From: Planctomycetota bacterium
GTDB lineage: Bacteria; Planctomycetota; UBA1135; UBA2386
DNA: 64,000 nucleotides
NCBI GenBank assembly: GCA_046290465.1
Contig: JBKAGP010000001.1
Span: forward strand, 2,464,001-2,528,000
Direction of reading: 5' to 3'
Position 1 is the first letter of the stretch. Every line of letters starts with the position of its first letter. Below the pieces are notes generated by a model, which worked only from the letters and a program-made list of their open reading frames with translations, was not told the DNA's origin and ran no database searches. Below, piece by piece: positions 11,736 to 21,336 of this stretch. The position numbers and the translations under genes were made by a program.

Positions 11736-12808
11736 CGACGCAGCTGCCTCCACACCAGCGGCACGCCGATCGCGGTCAGCAGCACCACCGGCATCCAGCC
11801 GCACCACGGGTTCTTGGTCGAGATCAGCAGCCGCGCGCCGAGCACCTCCCCGAGGTAGAACATCGCCAGCGGCACCAGCGCCATCACCAGCGCGACGACG
11901 CGGCCACGGAAGCGCGCCATCTCGGCGATGCAGAAGCCGATCGGCGCCAGCAGCGCCGGCATCAGCGCGAAGCAGCAGCGGCGGAACAGCGTGTAGGTCG
12001 CCTTCTCCGGTTCGCGGTGCACGCCGCGCATGACCTCGGCCAGCAGCTGGTCGCTGCGCACGTCGTCGTCCTTCTCGGCGCGTCCGCCGCTCGAGCCGAT
12101 CTCGTCGAGTGGCACCTGGAACTCGAGCGTGTCCGGCGACATCCCGCCGATCGGGTCGCGCACGCCCGACAGCACGATGCTCAGATCGCTGTTGACCGCC
12201 GACTCGTCGAGCGGCGGCACCGATACGCGGTCGACGTAGACGATCGGCGATTCGAGGTCCCTGCCGATCGGCTTCGGCGAGTAGATCGTGCAGTCCAGGT
12301 AGTCGCCGGTCTCCTTGTCGCGTTCGCGGAACGTGACGATGTAGCCGGTGTCGAGCACCTTGATGCGGTCGCCGCCGAGGTTGAGGTTCATGAACGCGCT
12401 GCGCACCACGTCGGCGATCACGCGGTACTTGCGGAAGTGCACCTCGGGGATCAGGTAGTGGTTGGCGAACGACGCAGCCACCGACAGGAAGATGCCGATC
12501 AGCACCGCCGACAGCATCGGCACGCGCGGCGAGATCCCGGCGGCGCGGATCGCGATCAGCTCACGGTCCTGGGCGGCCCGCGTGAACGTCATCACGGTCG
12601 CGATCAAAAACGCGATCGTCAGCAGGTGCGGCAGCGCGTCGAGCGCGAAGAACAGCGTGATCAGCGCCGCGTCGAGCAGGCCGCCGCCCTGCGAGCGCTG
12701 GATGCCGCGGTAGACCAGCGAGATCAGCACCACCGCGAACATCACGGTGAACGTGATCGACGCGTTGACCGCGAGTTCCTTCAGGTAGTATCGGTGCAGC
12801 CGCCACAT
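11732..12808 (-). CDS. lptF: LptF/LptG family LPS export permease
   Basis: LHRYYLKE start, DRELIAIRAAGISP motif; tandem with lptG. Confidence 0.82.
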   Translation of the reverse strand: MWRLHRYYLKELAVNASITFTVMFAVVLISLVYRGIQRSQGGGLLDAALITLFFALDALPHLLTIAFLIATVMTFTRAAQDRELIAIRAAGISPRVPMLSAVLIGIFLSVAASFANHYLIPEVHFRKYRVIADVVRSAFMNLNLGGDRIKVLDTGYIVTFRERDKETGDYLDCTIYSPKPIGRDLESPIVYVDRVSVPPLDESAVNSDLSIVLSGVRDPIGGMSPDTLEFQVPLDEIGSSGGRAEKDDDVRSDQLLAEVMRGVHREPEKATYTLFRRCCFALMPALLAPIGFCIAEMARFRGRVVALVMALVPLAMFYLGEVLGARLLISTKNPWCGWMPVVLLTAIGVPLVWRQLRR

Positions 12809-12819
12809 CGCTCCGTTCC

Positions 12820-14349
12820 ATGGTTCCGCAACGCCCGACGCCGGGCAACCAAGCTCTGACGCATTCCTCGACCGCCGCTGGCGGCGCCGACTTCCGCGCG
12901 GCGCCCGAGGTCGCCGAACCGCTGGCAGAACTGTTGCGCCACGACGTCGCCGGATGGCAGGAGCATGGCCTGACCCGCATCAAGCAGCGCACCGTGCGCC
13001 GCGTGTTCCGGGGCCGGCTCGGCGACACGGCGGTGCACGTCAAGGTGTTCCGCGCCGACACGATCGCAGCCAGGGCGCGCGACGGGCTGCGCGGCCAGGG
13101 CAAGGGGGAGCGCGAGGCGAACCACCTGCTGCAGGCCCGCGACGCCGCGCTGCCGGCGGTCGAGCCGCTGGCGCACGGCTACGCCCACGAGGGCGGCCAG
13201 CCATGCAGCTTCGTCGTCACCCGCAGCGTCTCGGCCGTTCCGTTCGCCTTCCCGTGCGACGACGCCAGCTCCCACGCGGCCGGAGTCCTGGTCCGTGACG
13301 TGCATGACCGCGGCCTGCAGCCCGGCGACCTGCACCCCGGCAACCTGCTGGTCGGCGAACGCGGCGAGCTGTGGCTGTGCGACCTGACGTCGATGCAGCG
13401 GGTCGGCGACCTGTCGATGCGCCGCCGCGCCCAGGGGCTCGCGTTGTTCTGCAACCCGATCGACGGCGGCCCGCTCGACCCGACCACGCGCGCGTTCCTG
13501 CGCGGCTACCTGTCGCGCGGGGCGATGCCCGACGGCTTCCGCAACGAACTGGCCCGGGCGACGCGACAACTGCGCGCGACCGCGCTGCGCTCGTTCGGGC
13601 GCCGCAGCAGCCGCTCGTGCCGCCACACCGACGCTGAGCCGCGGCGCCGCGGGCAGCCGCGCTGGTTCTGGTTCGTCGACGACGACGGGGTCGACGATCC
13701 GCTGCGCGAGGTGCTCGCCGGGTTCGACCCCGCGCAGCACCAACCGCGTCGCTCCGGCCGCCGCGGCGCCGTCTGGCTGCGCGACGCGTTCGCCGTCAAG
13801 GACCGCGACGCCGGCAAGGCCAGGAAGCTGTGGCTCGCGCACTACTGGCTGCGGTTCGCCCGGGTGCCGACCCCCACCCCGCTGGCCCTGCGCCTGCACG
13901 GCGGGCGCGGCCGCGTGTTCGTGCGCCGGCTGCCGAGCGACGACCTGGCCGCCGAACTGCGCGACGGCCGCCTCGACGACGCCCGCATTGCCGCGTGCGC
14001 CTACGCGCTCGGCGCCGCGGTCGGCCGGCTGCACGGCCACGGGCTGCGCAACCGCGACCTCAAGTTCGAGAACCTGGTGCGCGTCGACGACGGCGCGGCG
14101 CTGGCGATGGTCGACCTCGACGGGGTCACGCTGCACGGCGCCGAGGACACGCGCGGGTGCGGGCGTGATCTCGGCCGGCTGCTGGCCGCGTGGGCCGACT
14201 CCGGCCACCCCGGAGGCGACGCGACCGTGCAACGGTTCATCTACGCATATGTGCGCATTCGCCGGCGGCTGCTGCAGCAACCCCCTGTCAGGCGGATCCT
14301 TGCGCACGCCGAGCGGCGGGCCGGAGAATGGCGGAAGCGGCACGCCTGA
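12820..14349 (+). CDS. Lipopolysaccharide kinase (Kdo/WaaP/InaA-like), two tandem kinase domains
   Basis: Two catalytic sets: GDLHPGNLL..LCDL and RDLKFENLV..MVDLDG; adjacent to lptFG. Start uncertain. Confidence 0.75.
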   Translation: MVPQRPTPGNQALTHSSTAAGGADFRAAPEVAEPLAELLRHDVAGWQEHGLTRIKQRTVRRVFRGRLGDTAVHVKVFRADTIAARARDGLRGQGKGEREANHLLQARDAALPAVEPLAHGYAHEGGQPCSFVVTRSVSAVPFAFPCDDASSHAAGVLVRDVHDRGLQPGDLHPGNLLVGERGELWLCDLTSMQRVGDLSMRRRAQGLALFCNPIDGGPLDPTTRAFLRGYLSRGAMPDGFRNELARATRQLRATALRSFGRRSSRSCRHTDAEPRRRGQPRWFWFVDDDGVDDPLREVLAGFDPAQHQPRRSGRRGAVWLRDAFAVKDRDAGKARKLWLAHYWLRFARVPTPTPLALRLHGGRGRVFVRRLPSDDLAAELRDGRLDDARIAACAYALGAAVGRLHGHGLRNRDLKFENLVRVDDGAALAMVDLDGVTLHGAEDTRGCGRDLGRLLAAWADSGHPGGDATVQRFIYAYVRIRRRLLQQPPVRRILAHAERRAGEWRKRHA

Positions 14350-14448
14350 CGGCCGTGCGGCGCCGTCCGGCGAACGCGTACCGGTTTGGGGCGGTTTCGA
14401 TTGAAGCCGTTGGGAGAGGAACTTAACTCGGGCGCGCCGCCTCCTACC

Positions 14449-16122
14449 GTGTCGAAATCCACTGCCAGACCGTGGCAGCAGTACGCAAGGCTGCTGCGTC
14501 CCGAAGCGCCCGACCTGCGCACGATCGTCGTCTACGGCGCGGCGTCCGCCGTGCTGACGCTGGCCGTGCCGCTGACCGTCGATGCGCTGATCAGCAACAT
14601 CACGTTCAGCACGCTGCTGGCGCCGCTGGTCGTGCTGGTCGGCGTGCTGCTCGGCTGCCTCGTGCTGCAGGGCGTGCTCGGCGCGCTGCAGGCATGGATC
14701 GCCGAAGTGATCGAACGCCGCATCTTCGTCCGGGTCGTCGGCGACCTCGCGTGGCGCCTGCCGCGGGTCGAGATCGGCGCGTTCGACCGCGCCCACGGCC
14801 CGGAAAAGGTCAACCGGTTCTTCGACACCGTGACCGTGCAGAAGAGCAGCTCCAAGCTGTTCCTCGAGGTCACCAACATCGTGCTGACCACCGGCGTCGG
14901 CATGACGGTGCTGGCGTTCTACCACCCGTTCCTGCTGGTGTTCGTGCTGGCGCTGCTCGCCGCGATCACGGTGCTGGTGTTCGTGTTCGGCCTCGGCGGC
15001 GTGCGTTCGGCGGTCGACGAGTCGGTCGCCAAGTACGAGGTCGCGGCATGGCTGCAGGAACTCGCCAGGCACACCACCGCGTTCTGCACCAAAGGCGGCG
15101 CGGACTTCGCGCGCCGCCGCGCCGAACGGCTGGTCGGCAGCTACGTGTCGGCGCGCAAGCGCCACTTCCGGGTGCTGTTCCGGCAGATCTGCAGCGCGCT
15201 CGGCCTGCAGGTGGTGGCGAGCACCTCGGTGCTCGCGATCGGTGGCTGGCTGGTCATCGACCAGCAGCTGACGCCGGGCCAGCTGGTCGCCAGTGAGCTG
15301 ATCGTCACTGCGGTCGTCGCCAACATCACCAAGCTCGGCAGCGTGCTCGAGAGCTGGTACGACGTCTGCGCGGCGTCCGACAAGCTCGGGCATCTGTTCG
15401 ACCTGCCGCTCGAGCGCCAGACCGGCGCCGAGCCGGAGTTCTCCGGGGACGGAGTCGCCCTCGAACTCAACGACGTGCGCTGCGCGCTCGACAACGGCCA
15501 GGACCTCGGCGACCTTCGCGACCTGTCGCTCGACGTCAAGCCGGGCGAGAGGATCGCCCTGACCGGCCCGGCCGGCGGCGACGCCAGCCTGCTGCTGGAC
15601 GTGCTCTACGGCCTGCGCCAGCCCGTTCACGGCCACGTCACGGTCGACGGCCTCGACCTGCGCCAACTGCGCCTGGACCGCACCCGCGACGAGTTCGCGC
15701 TGGTGCACGGCACCGAGATCGTCGAGGGCACGCTGCTCGACAACCTCAAGTTCGGCCGCGACGACGTCAGCATCACCGAGATCCGCGACGCGCTGCGCGA
15801 CGTCGGGCTGTGGGACATCGTGCTGGCGCTGCCCGACGGCCTCGAGACCCGCATCGCGACCGGCGGCCAGCCGCTGACGCCGAGCCAGGCCAGCCAGCTG
15901 ATGCTCGCCCGCGCGATCCTTGCCGAACCGCGCCTGCTGCTGCTCGACGGCGCGCTCGATCGGTTGACGCCAACGCTGCGCCGTCGGGTCATCGCACACC
16001 TGTTCGACGAGAAGCACAAGTGGACGATGCTGGTCGCGACCAACGAACGCGACGTGATCGCCGCGTGCGACCGCAGCCTCGACTGTGACACGGCCGCCTG
16101 CGCGGTCGAAGGAGATGCGTGA
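14449..16122 (+). CDS. Type I secretion-like ABC transporter permease/ATP-binding protein with degenerate NBD
   Basis: N-terminal TM domain (LTPGQLVASE), C-terminal NBD (GTLLDNL, LPDGLET, LARAIL, LLLLD); coupled to HlyD and TolC genes. Confidence 0.85.
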   Translation: MSKSTARPWQQYARLLRPEAPDLRTIVVYGAASAVLTLAVPLTVDALISNITFSTLLAPLVVLVGVLLGCLVLQGVLGALQAWIAEVIERRIFVRVVGDLAWRLPRVEIGAFDRAHGPEKVNRFFDTVTVQKSSSKLFLEVTNIVLTTGVGMTVLAFYHPFLLVFVLALLAAITVLVFVFGLGGVRSAVDESVAKYEVAAWLQELARHTTAFCTKGGADFARRRAERLVGSYVSARKRHFRVLFRQICSALGLQVVASTSVLAIGGWLVIDQQLTPGQLVASELIVTAVVANITKLGSVLESWYDVCAASDKLGHLFDLPLERQTGAEPEFSGDGVALELNDVRCALDNGQDLGDLRDLSLDVKPGERIALTGPAGGDASLLLDVLYGLRQPVHGHVTVDGLDLRQLRLDRTRDEFALVHGTEIVEGTLLDNLKFGRDDVSITEIRDALRDVGLWDIVLALPDGLETRIATGGQPLTPSQASQLMLARAILAEPRLLLLDGALDRLTPTLRRRVIAHLFDEKHKWTMLVATNERDVIAACDRSLDCDTAACAVEGDA

Positions 16123-17531
16123 TGGCCGCCTCGCTCAGTGACCCCGGCACCCAGATCGCCTACCCGGCGCTCGAACTGGAGGCTCTCGACGCCGCCGGCA
16201 AGCGCCGCGTCACCCGACGCTTCGGCCGCATCCTGCTGCTGCTGCTGGCGATCACGCCGTTCGTGCTCGCGTTTGCACCGTGGCAGCAGAACCTGGCCGG
16301 CCAGGGCCGGGTGATCGAATTCGACCCGGTCAACCGCCCGATGCCGATCCAGGCGCGCACCGACGGCAACGTCATGCGCTGGCACGTGCAGGAAGGTCAG
16401 TACGTCGAAGCCAACGACCCGATCGTCGACCTCGCCGACAACGATCCGGAGATCCTCGAACGGCTCAAGGAGCAGCTGGCGGCCGCCGAACGCAAGCGCG
16501 ATGCGGCGATCGCCAAGCGCGACCAGTACGAACGCCAGGTCACCGCCGCCGAGGAGGCGCGCAAGGCCGCGATGCAGCTGGCCGACGACGAGATCGCGGC
16601 GGCCGAGCAGGACGTCAAGGTCAAGCAGCAGGCGGTGGCAGTCGCCAAGCAGAAGCTCGAGCTCGCGGTGTTCGCGCTCGAGATGTACGAGGGCCTGGTC
16701 GCCGATCGCATCGGCGCCGGCTTCGACCTGCAGAAGGCGCGGCAGGAGAAGGGGGTCGCCGAGGCGGACCTCGCCGCCAAGGAGGCGGCCGTGGTCGGTG
16801 CGAATGCCTACCTGCGCGCGGCACGCAGCAAGAAGGAGCGCGTCAGTCGCTCGGAGACCGTGAAGATCCAGGACGCGAAGGCCAAGCGCGACGCTGCGGC
16901 AGGCGATGTCGCGACCGCCGAGGGTTCGATCCCGAAGCTGAAGCGCGACCTGACCCGGCAGAAGCAGCAGCAGCTGGTCGCGCCGATCGCCGGGTTCGTG
17001 CAGAACCTGGTCGCCAACGGCCAGGGCGGCGGCTTCGTCAAGCAGGGCGCGACGCTCGCAGTGCTGATCCCGGAGTCGAGCCAGCTGGCGGTCGAACTGC
17101 TGGTCGACGGCAACGACGTGACGTTCATCGACGTAGGCCGGCACGTGCGGCTGCAGTTCGAGGGCTACCCGGCGATCCAGTGGGTCGGCTGGCCGTCGGC
17201 GGCGATCGGCACGTTTGGCGGCAAGGTCGCGTTCGTCGACCGGTTCGACAACGGCAACGGCAAGTTCCGCGTCATGGTGCTGCCCGACGAACGCCCGTTC
17301 GTCGAGCACGAAGGGCCGGTCATCGACTGGCTGCGCAGCGTGCTGACGTTCGAGAACGTGCACAAGGCCGACAACCCGCATGCGTGGCCGCGCGACTTCC
17401 TGCGCCAGGGCGTGCGCACCAAGGGCTGGGTCGTGCTCGACCGGGTGTCGCTCGGCTTCGAGGTCTGGCGTCAGCTGAACGGCTTCCCGCCGACGGTCGA
17501 GCGCCCGAACAAGACCAAGGAGAAGAAGTGA
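16122..17531 (+). CDS. HlyD family membrane fusion protein
   Basis: TM helix then PWQQNLAGQG, long coiled coil, VRLQFEGYPAIQWVGWP. Confidence 0.9.
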   Translation: MAASLSDPGTQIAYPALELEALDAAGKRRVTRRFGRILLLLLAITPFVLAFAPWQQNLAGQGRVIEFDPVNRPMPIQARTDGNVMRWHVQEGQYVEANDPIVDLADNDPEILERLKEQLAAAERKRDAAIAKRDQYERQVTAAEEARKAAMQLADDEIAAAEQDVKVKQQAVAVAKQKLELAVFALEMYEGLVADRIGAGFDLQKARQEKGVAEADLAAKEAAVVGANAYLRAARSKKERVSRSETVKIQDAKAKRDAAAGDVATAEGSIPKLKRDLTRQKQQQLVAPIAGFVQNLVANGQGGGFVKQGATLAVLIPESSQLAVELLVDGNDVTFIDVGRHVRLQFEGYPAIQWVGWPSAAIGTFGGKVAFVDRFDNGNGKFRVMVLPDERPFVEHEGPVIDWLRSVLTFENVHKADNPHAWPRDFLRQGVRTKGWVVLDRVSLGFEVWRQLNGFPPTVERPNKTKEKK

Positions 17532-19054
17532 CGCGCCGCGCCCCGCTGTGGTTGGCGGCCGCGCTGGCAGCGTGCGCTCCCGCCCGCTTCGTCCCGAGGG
17601 ACGTCGACCACGGACTCGCGGTGCCGTCGGGTGCAGCCGCGCTCGAGGCGCCGCGAACGGTCGCCGAGGCGCCGGGCATGTCGGCTCCCCCGGAGCCGCC
17701 CGCACCGGACGAGGCGCAGGCCTTTGACGGTTCGCTGCAGCTCGCCACCGTGCTCGCTTCGGTGGTCGACCGCTACCCGCCCTACCTCGCCAAACTGCTG
17801 CAGCGCGACCTCGCGTCGGGCCGGCTGACGCAGGCGATGGGCAACTTCGACTCGTACTTGTCTGCCAAGGTCGGCGGCCGGCTGCAGGGCTTCTACGAAT
17901 CAACGGTCGCGCAGGGCCTGATCGAACAGCCGCTCGCGACCGGCGACACGATCTACGGCGGCTACCGGGTCAGCGACGGGTTCCTGCCGGACTACTACTC
18001 GGACCGCACCCAGGACGACGGCGAGTTCGTGTTCGGCGGACGGATCCCGCTGCTGCAGAACCGCAGCATCGACGGCCGCCGCGCCGACGTGCGCATCGCC
18101 GAGATCGGCGTGCTGCTGGCCGAGCCGGAGATCCGCGGCGCGCGCATCAAGTTCGTGCGGAAGGCGACGGCCAGCTACCAGAAGTGGCTCGCGACCGGGC
18201 GCAAGCTGGCGATCGCGCGCGAGCTGCTGAAGCTCGCCAACGATCGCGACGCCGGCCTGCGGCGGGCGGTCGAGCGGCAGTTCCTGGCGCCGATCGCGCT
18301 GACCGACAACGAACGGCTGGTGGCGCAACGCAGCATCTACGTGGTGCAGGCCGAGCGCGCCTTCCAGCGGGCCGCGCTGGAGCTGTCGCTGTTCCTGCGC
18401 GACGACGACGACCTGCCGATCGTCGCCGGCGAAGCCAACCTGCCGCAGATCCCCGCCGACGAACTCGCCGAGCCGAGCACGTCGCTCGACACCGACCTCG
18501 CGGTCGCGGTGCAGCAGCGACCCGAACTCGAGGAGGTCCAGCTGCGCATCGAGCAGGCCCGCACCGAGGCAGAGCTGGCGTCGAACCAGACGATGCCGCA
18601 GCTCGACGTCATCGTCGAGGGCGCCGCCTCGCTGAGCGAAGGCCCCTACAAGGATCGCGAGGACCTCGAACTGTTCGTCGGCGGCGAGCTGAAGGTCCCG
18701 ATCCAGCGACGCAAGGCGAAGGGCAAGCAGCAGCAGGCCGAGGCCAAGTGGAGCAAGCTGCGCCTCGAGCAGGGCTTCTTGCGGGATCGCATCAGCAACG
18801 AACTGCTGGACGCGCGTTCGGCGATGCGCGCCGCGAAGGAACAGTTCGGGCTCAACGAACTCAACGTCGAGCGCGCCGAACAACTGGTGCAAGCCGAGCA
18901 GCGCAAGTTCGACCTCGGCCTCAGCAACCTGCTCAACGTGCAGATCCGCGAGGGCCAGCTCGCCTCCGCCCGCGCCCAACGCATCGACGCCCGCCTCCGC
19001 TTCGAACTCGCCCGCGCCGCCTACCGCGCCGCCCTGGGCCACACCGGCGAGTAA
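17528..19054 (+). CDS. TolC family outer membrane lipoprotein
   Basis: GTG overlaps the hlyD stop; LAAC lipobox; QRPEL, PQLD and RKFDLGLSNLL TolC-type motifs. Confidence 0.88.
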   Translation: MTRRAPLWLAAALAACAPARFVPRDVDHGLAVPSGAAALEAPRTVAEAPGMSAPPEPPAPDEAQAFDGSLQLATVLASVVDRYPPYLAKLLQRDLASGRLTQAMGNFDSYLSAKVGGRLQGFYESTVAQGLIEQPLATGDTIYGGYRVSDGFLPDYYSDRTQDDGEFVFGGRIPLLQNRSIDGRRADVRIAEIGVLLAEPEIRGARIKFVRKATASYQKWLATGRKLAIARELLKLANDRDAGLRRAVERQFLAPIALTDNERLVAQRSIYVVQAERAFQRAALELSLFLRDDDDLPIVAGEANLPQIPADELAEPSTSLDTDLAVAVQQRPELEEVQLRIEQARTEAELASNQTMPQLDVIVEGAASLSEGPYKDREDLELFVGGELKVPIQRRKAKGKQQQAEAKWSKLRLEQGFLRDRISNELLDARSAMRAAKEQFGLNELNVERAEQLVQAEQRKFDLGLSNLLNVQIREGQLASARAQRIDARLRFELARAAYRAALGHTGE

Positions 19055-19145
19055 CTTGCGGTACGGTACCTGGTTCATCCTCCAACTTTCGCGAGCGCGA
19101 GCGCTCGCGGAAGTTGGAGGATGAACCAGGTACCGTACCGCAAGT
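19054..19145. repeat. 92-bp near-perfect palindrome between convergent genes (REP/REPIN-like or bidirectional terminator)
   Basis: 35-bp perfect arms ACTTGCGGTACGGTACCTGGTTCATCCTCCAACTT / reverse complement, one T-G pair, a further 9-bp stem and a 2-nt centre. Confidence 0.9.
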
Positions 19146-20185
19146 CAGGCGAACTGGATGGTGGCGAGGCGGTCGCGGAGTTGGTTGTTGCCGCCGTCGA
19201 GCACGTCGAGGGTCTTGGCGTCGCGGTAGTGACGTTCGACGTGGTATTCGACCGTGTAGCCGAAGCCGCCGTGGATCTGGATGGCCTCGTCACTGGCGAG
19301 CACCATCGCGTCGACGGCGGCGATGCGGGCGTCGATCGCGGCGTCGGTCGCGTCCTGGCCGAGGTCGGCGAGGCGCGCGGCGTGCCAGGCGAGCTGCTGG
19401 GCCGCCGACGCGGCGCGGCCACTCTCGACCAGCTTGCGCTGCACGGCGTCCTGCACCAGCAGCGGCTTGCCGAACGCGATGCGCTCCCCGGCGTGCTTCT
19501 TGGCGGCCTGGATCGCACCGATCGCGCCGCCGACGCCGGCGGCGGCCACGCCCAGGAACGCGACCAGTTCGGCCCGCGCGATCGCGGCCTCGGCATGCTC
19601 GAGCGTGGCGCCGGCGACCCCGTCGCAGGTCACCCGCCCGCACGCGGCACTGTTGAGCCCCAGGGTGTGCAGCGCATCGCGCTGGCACGCCGCGGCATCG
19701 ACCTGCACGAGCACCTGCGCATCCCCGTCCTTGGCGGCGACCAGCAGCAGGTCGGCCTCCATCGCCGCCGGCACCAGCTCGGCCGTGCCGCTCAGCTTGC
19801 CATCGGCGAACGTGAAGCCGTTCTCCGGGCCGACGAACACCGCCAGCTTGCTGCCCGCGGCGACCTCGTCGAGGTCGGCGCCGGCCTGCTCCATCGCGAG
19901 CACGGCCTGCATCTGGCCGATCCACAGGCGGGCCAGCGAACCGCTGTGCTCACCGATCGACTCGAGCGCGGCCACGAACGGCACCAGGCCCATGCCGGCG
20001 CCGCCGTGGTCCTCGGCCAGCGACAGGCCGTAGACGCCGAGCTCGGCGAGGCCGTCGAACCACTCGCGGACGAACGTGCGGTGCTCGTCGAGTTCTTGCA
20101 CCTTGGGAGCGACGGTGTCGGCCACCATCTTGCGGACGGTGTCGACGACCATCTCCTGGTCTTCGGTCAGTTGCAGATTGTGCAT
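19145..20185 (-). CDS. Acyl-CoA dehydrogenase family protein (short, degenerate subunit)
   Basis: 346 aa; LTEDQ start, LAELG, ERIAFGKPL, QIHGGFGY, ERHYRDAK. Confidence 0.85.
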   Translation of the reverse strand: MHNLQLTEDQEMVVDTVRKMVADTVAPKVQELDEHRTFVREWFDGLAELGVYGLSLAEDHGGAGMGLVPFVAALESIGEHSGSLARLWIGQMQAVLAMEQAGADLDEVAAGSKLAVFVGPENGFTFADGKLSGTAELVPAAMEADLLLVAAKDGDAQVLVQVDAAACQRDALHTLGLNSAACGRVTCDGVAGATLEHAEAAIARAELVAFLGVAAAGVGGAIGAIQAAKKHAGERIAFGKPLLVQDAVQRKLVESGRAASAAQQLAWHAARLADLGQDATDAAIDARIAAVDAMVLASDEAIQIHGGFGYTVEYHVERHYRDAKTLDVLDGGNNQLRDRLATIQFA

Positions 20186-20211
20186 GATGTGGGTGCGGTT
20201 GCGGCGGGCGC

Positions 20212-21336
20212 CTAGCGGCCGCCCTGCCAGTAGTAGAGGAAGCGGGGACCGGTCGACGACGTCAGCAGACGGTCGACGGCCGACCCGTTGGTCTCGGGCG
20301 CGAACGCGCCGAACAGCAGATCGGAGAACGTCGGTCGACGACGCCGTTCGACCACCGTGACCTCGTGGCCGAGCTTCTGCTCGAACCACGACACCGCGGT
20401 CTGGTAGTCCCCGATGTCGTCGACGAGGCCGAGGTCGAGCGCCTGCCTGGCGGTGTAGATGCCGCCGTTGGCGGCGCGCTCGACCGACTCCTTGTCCATG
20501 CCGCGCCCCTCCATCACGACCGCCACGAACTGGTCGTAGAGCTCGTCGACGATGCTGGTCAGCATCGCCCGTTCGCCGTCCGTCATCGGCCGCGTCGGCG
20601 ACAGCATGTCCTTGTACGGCGTGCGGTCCGACTTGATCGCGATCTGCTCGACGCCGAACTCCTCCGCCATCTTGGCGAAGTTCCAGGCCGACATGATCAC
20701 GCCGATGCTGCCGCTGATCGAAGTGCGACGCGAGATGATGTGTTCGGCCGCCGCGGCGATGTAGTAGCCACCCGACGCGCACATGTCGCCGTAGAGCGCG
20801 GCGACCGGCAGGTCCGGGTTCTCGTCGCGGAACGCGCGCAGCATCTGGTAGACGCGATCCGAGTCGGTGACGCCGCCACCCGGCGAATCGATGTAGAGCA
20901 GCACGCCCTCGACGCCTTCGGCGCGCGCGTAGCGCAGCGCCCGGCGCACCGAGCTGACGGTGCCGCCCGAGGCCCCCATCAGCGGGTTGGCGCCCTCGGA
21001 GATGGCGCCGCGGATCGCGATCTGCAGCACCTTGTGGTCGCCGCCGCGCTCGCCCGCGACGAACATCTCGTCGTAGTTGGCGCTGCCCGGATCGGCGAAG
21101 CCACCGCCGGCGAGGCTGCCGACGCTCAACAGCAACAGCAGCACGTTGAGGCCCGCCGACGCGAGCAGCAGGATGCCGAGGAAGATCGCGACGAAGAACG
21201 CCACCCCGCGCGGCTCGCGCGGTTGCACGCCCGGCGGGACCGGCCACTGCGGCTGCTGCGGCGGCACCCCGGGCGGCGGGCTCGTCGAGCCCCCGGCCGG
21301 GTTCGGCTGCGGGTCGGGCGGCGGCGTCTGGCTCAT
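20212..21336 (-). CDS. sppA: Signal peptide peptidase SppA (S49)
   Basis: IDSPGGG, CASGGYYIA, GSIGVI, PYKDMLSP; N-terminal TM helix. Confidence 0.92.
   Translation of the reverse strand: MSQTPPPDPQPNPAGGSTSPPPGVPPQQPQWPVPPGVQPREPRGVAFFVAIFLGILLLASAGLNVLLLLLSVGSLAGGGFADPGSANYDEMFVAGERGGDHKVLQIAIRGAISEGANPLMGASGGTVSSVRRALRYARAEGVEGVLLYIDSPGGGVTDSDRVYQMLRAFRDENPDLPVAALYGDMCASGGYYIAAAAEHIISRRTSISGSIGVIMSAWNFAKMAEEFGVEQIAIKSDRTPYKDMLSPTRPMTDGERAMLTSIVDELYDQFVAVVMEGRGMDKESVERAANGGIYTARQALDLGLVDDIGDYQTAVSWFEQKLGHEVTVVERRRRPTFSDLLFGAFAPETNGSAVDRLLTSSTGPRFLYYWQGGR

Noticed and set aside
10656..19054. lptFG, kinase and exporter as CRISPR accessory genes
   Set aside because: Host-like codon use, convergent orientation to csb2 and ordinary envelope functions; adjacency is probably just the insertion site.
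19090..19113. Resemblance of the palindrome centre (GCTCGCGGAAG) to the CRISPR repeat
   Set aside because: Short GC-rich match lacking the repeat stem and handle; likely chance.
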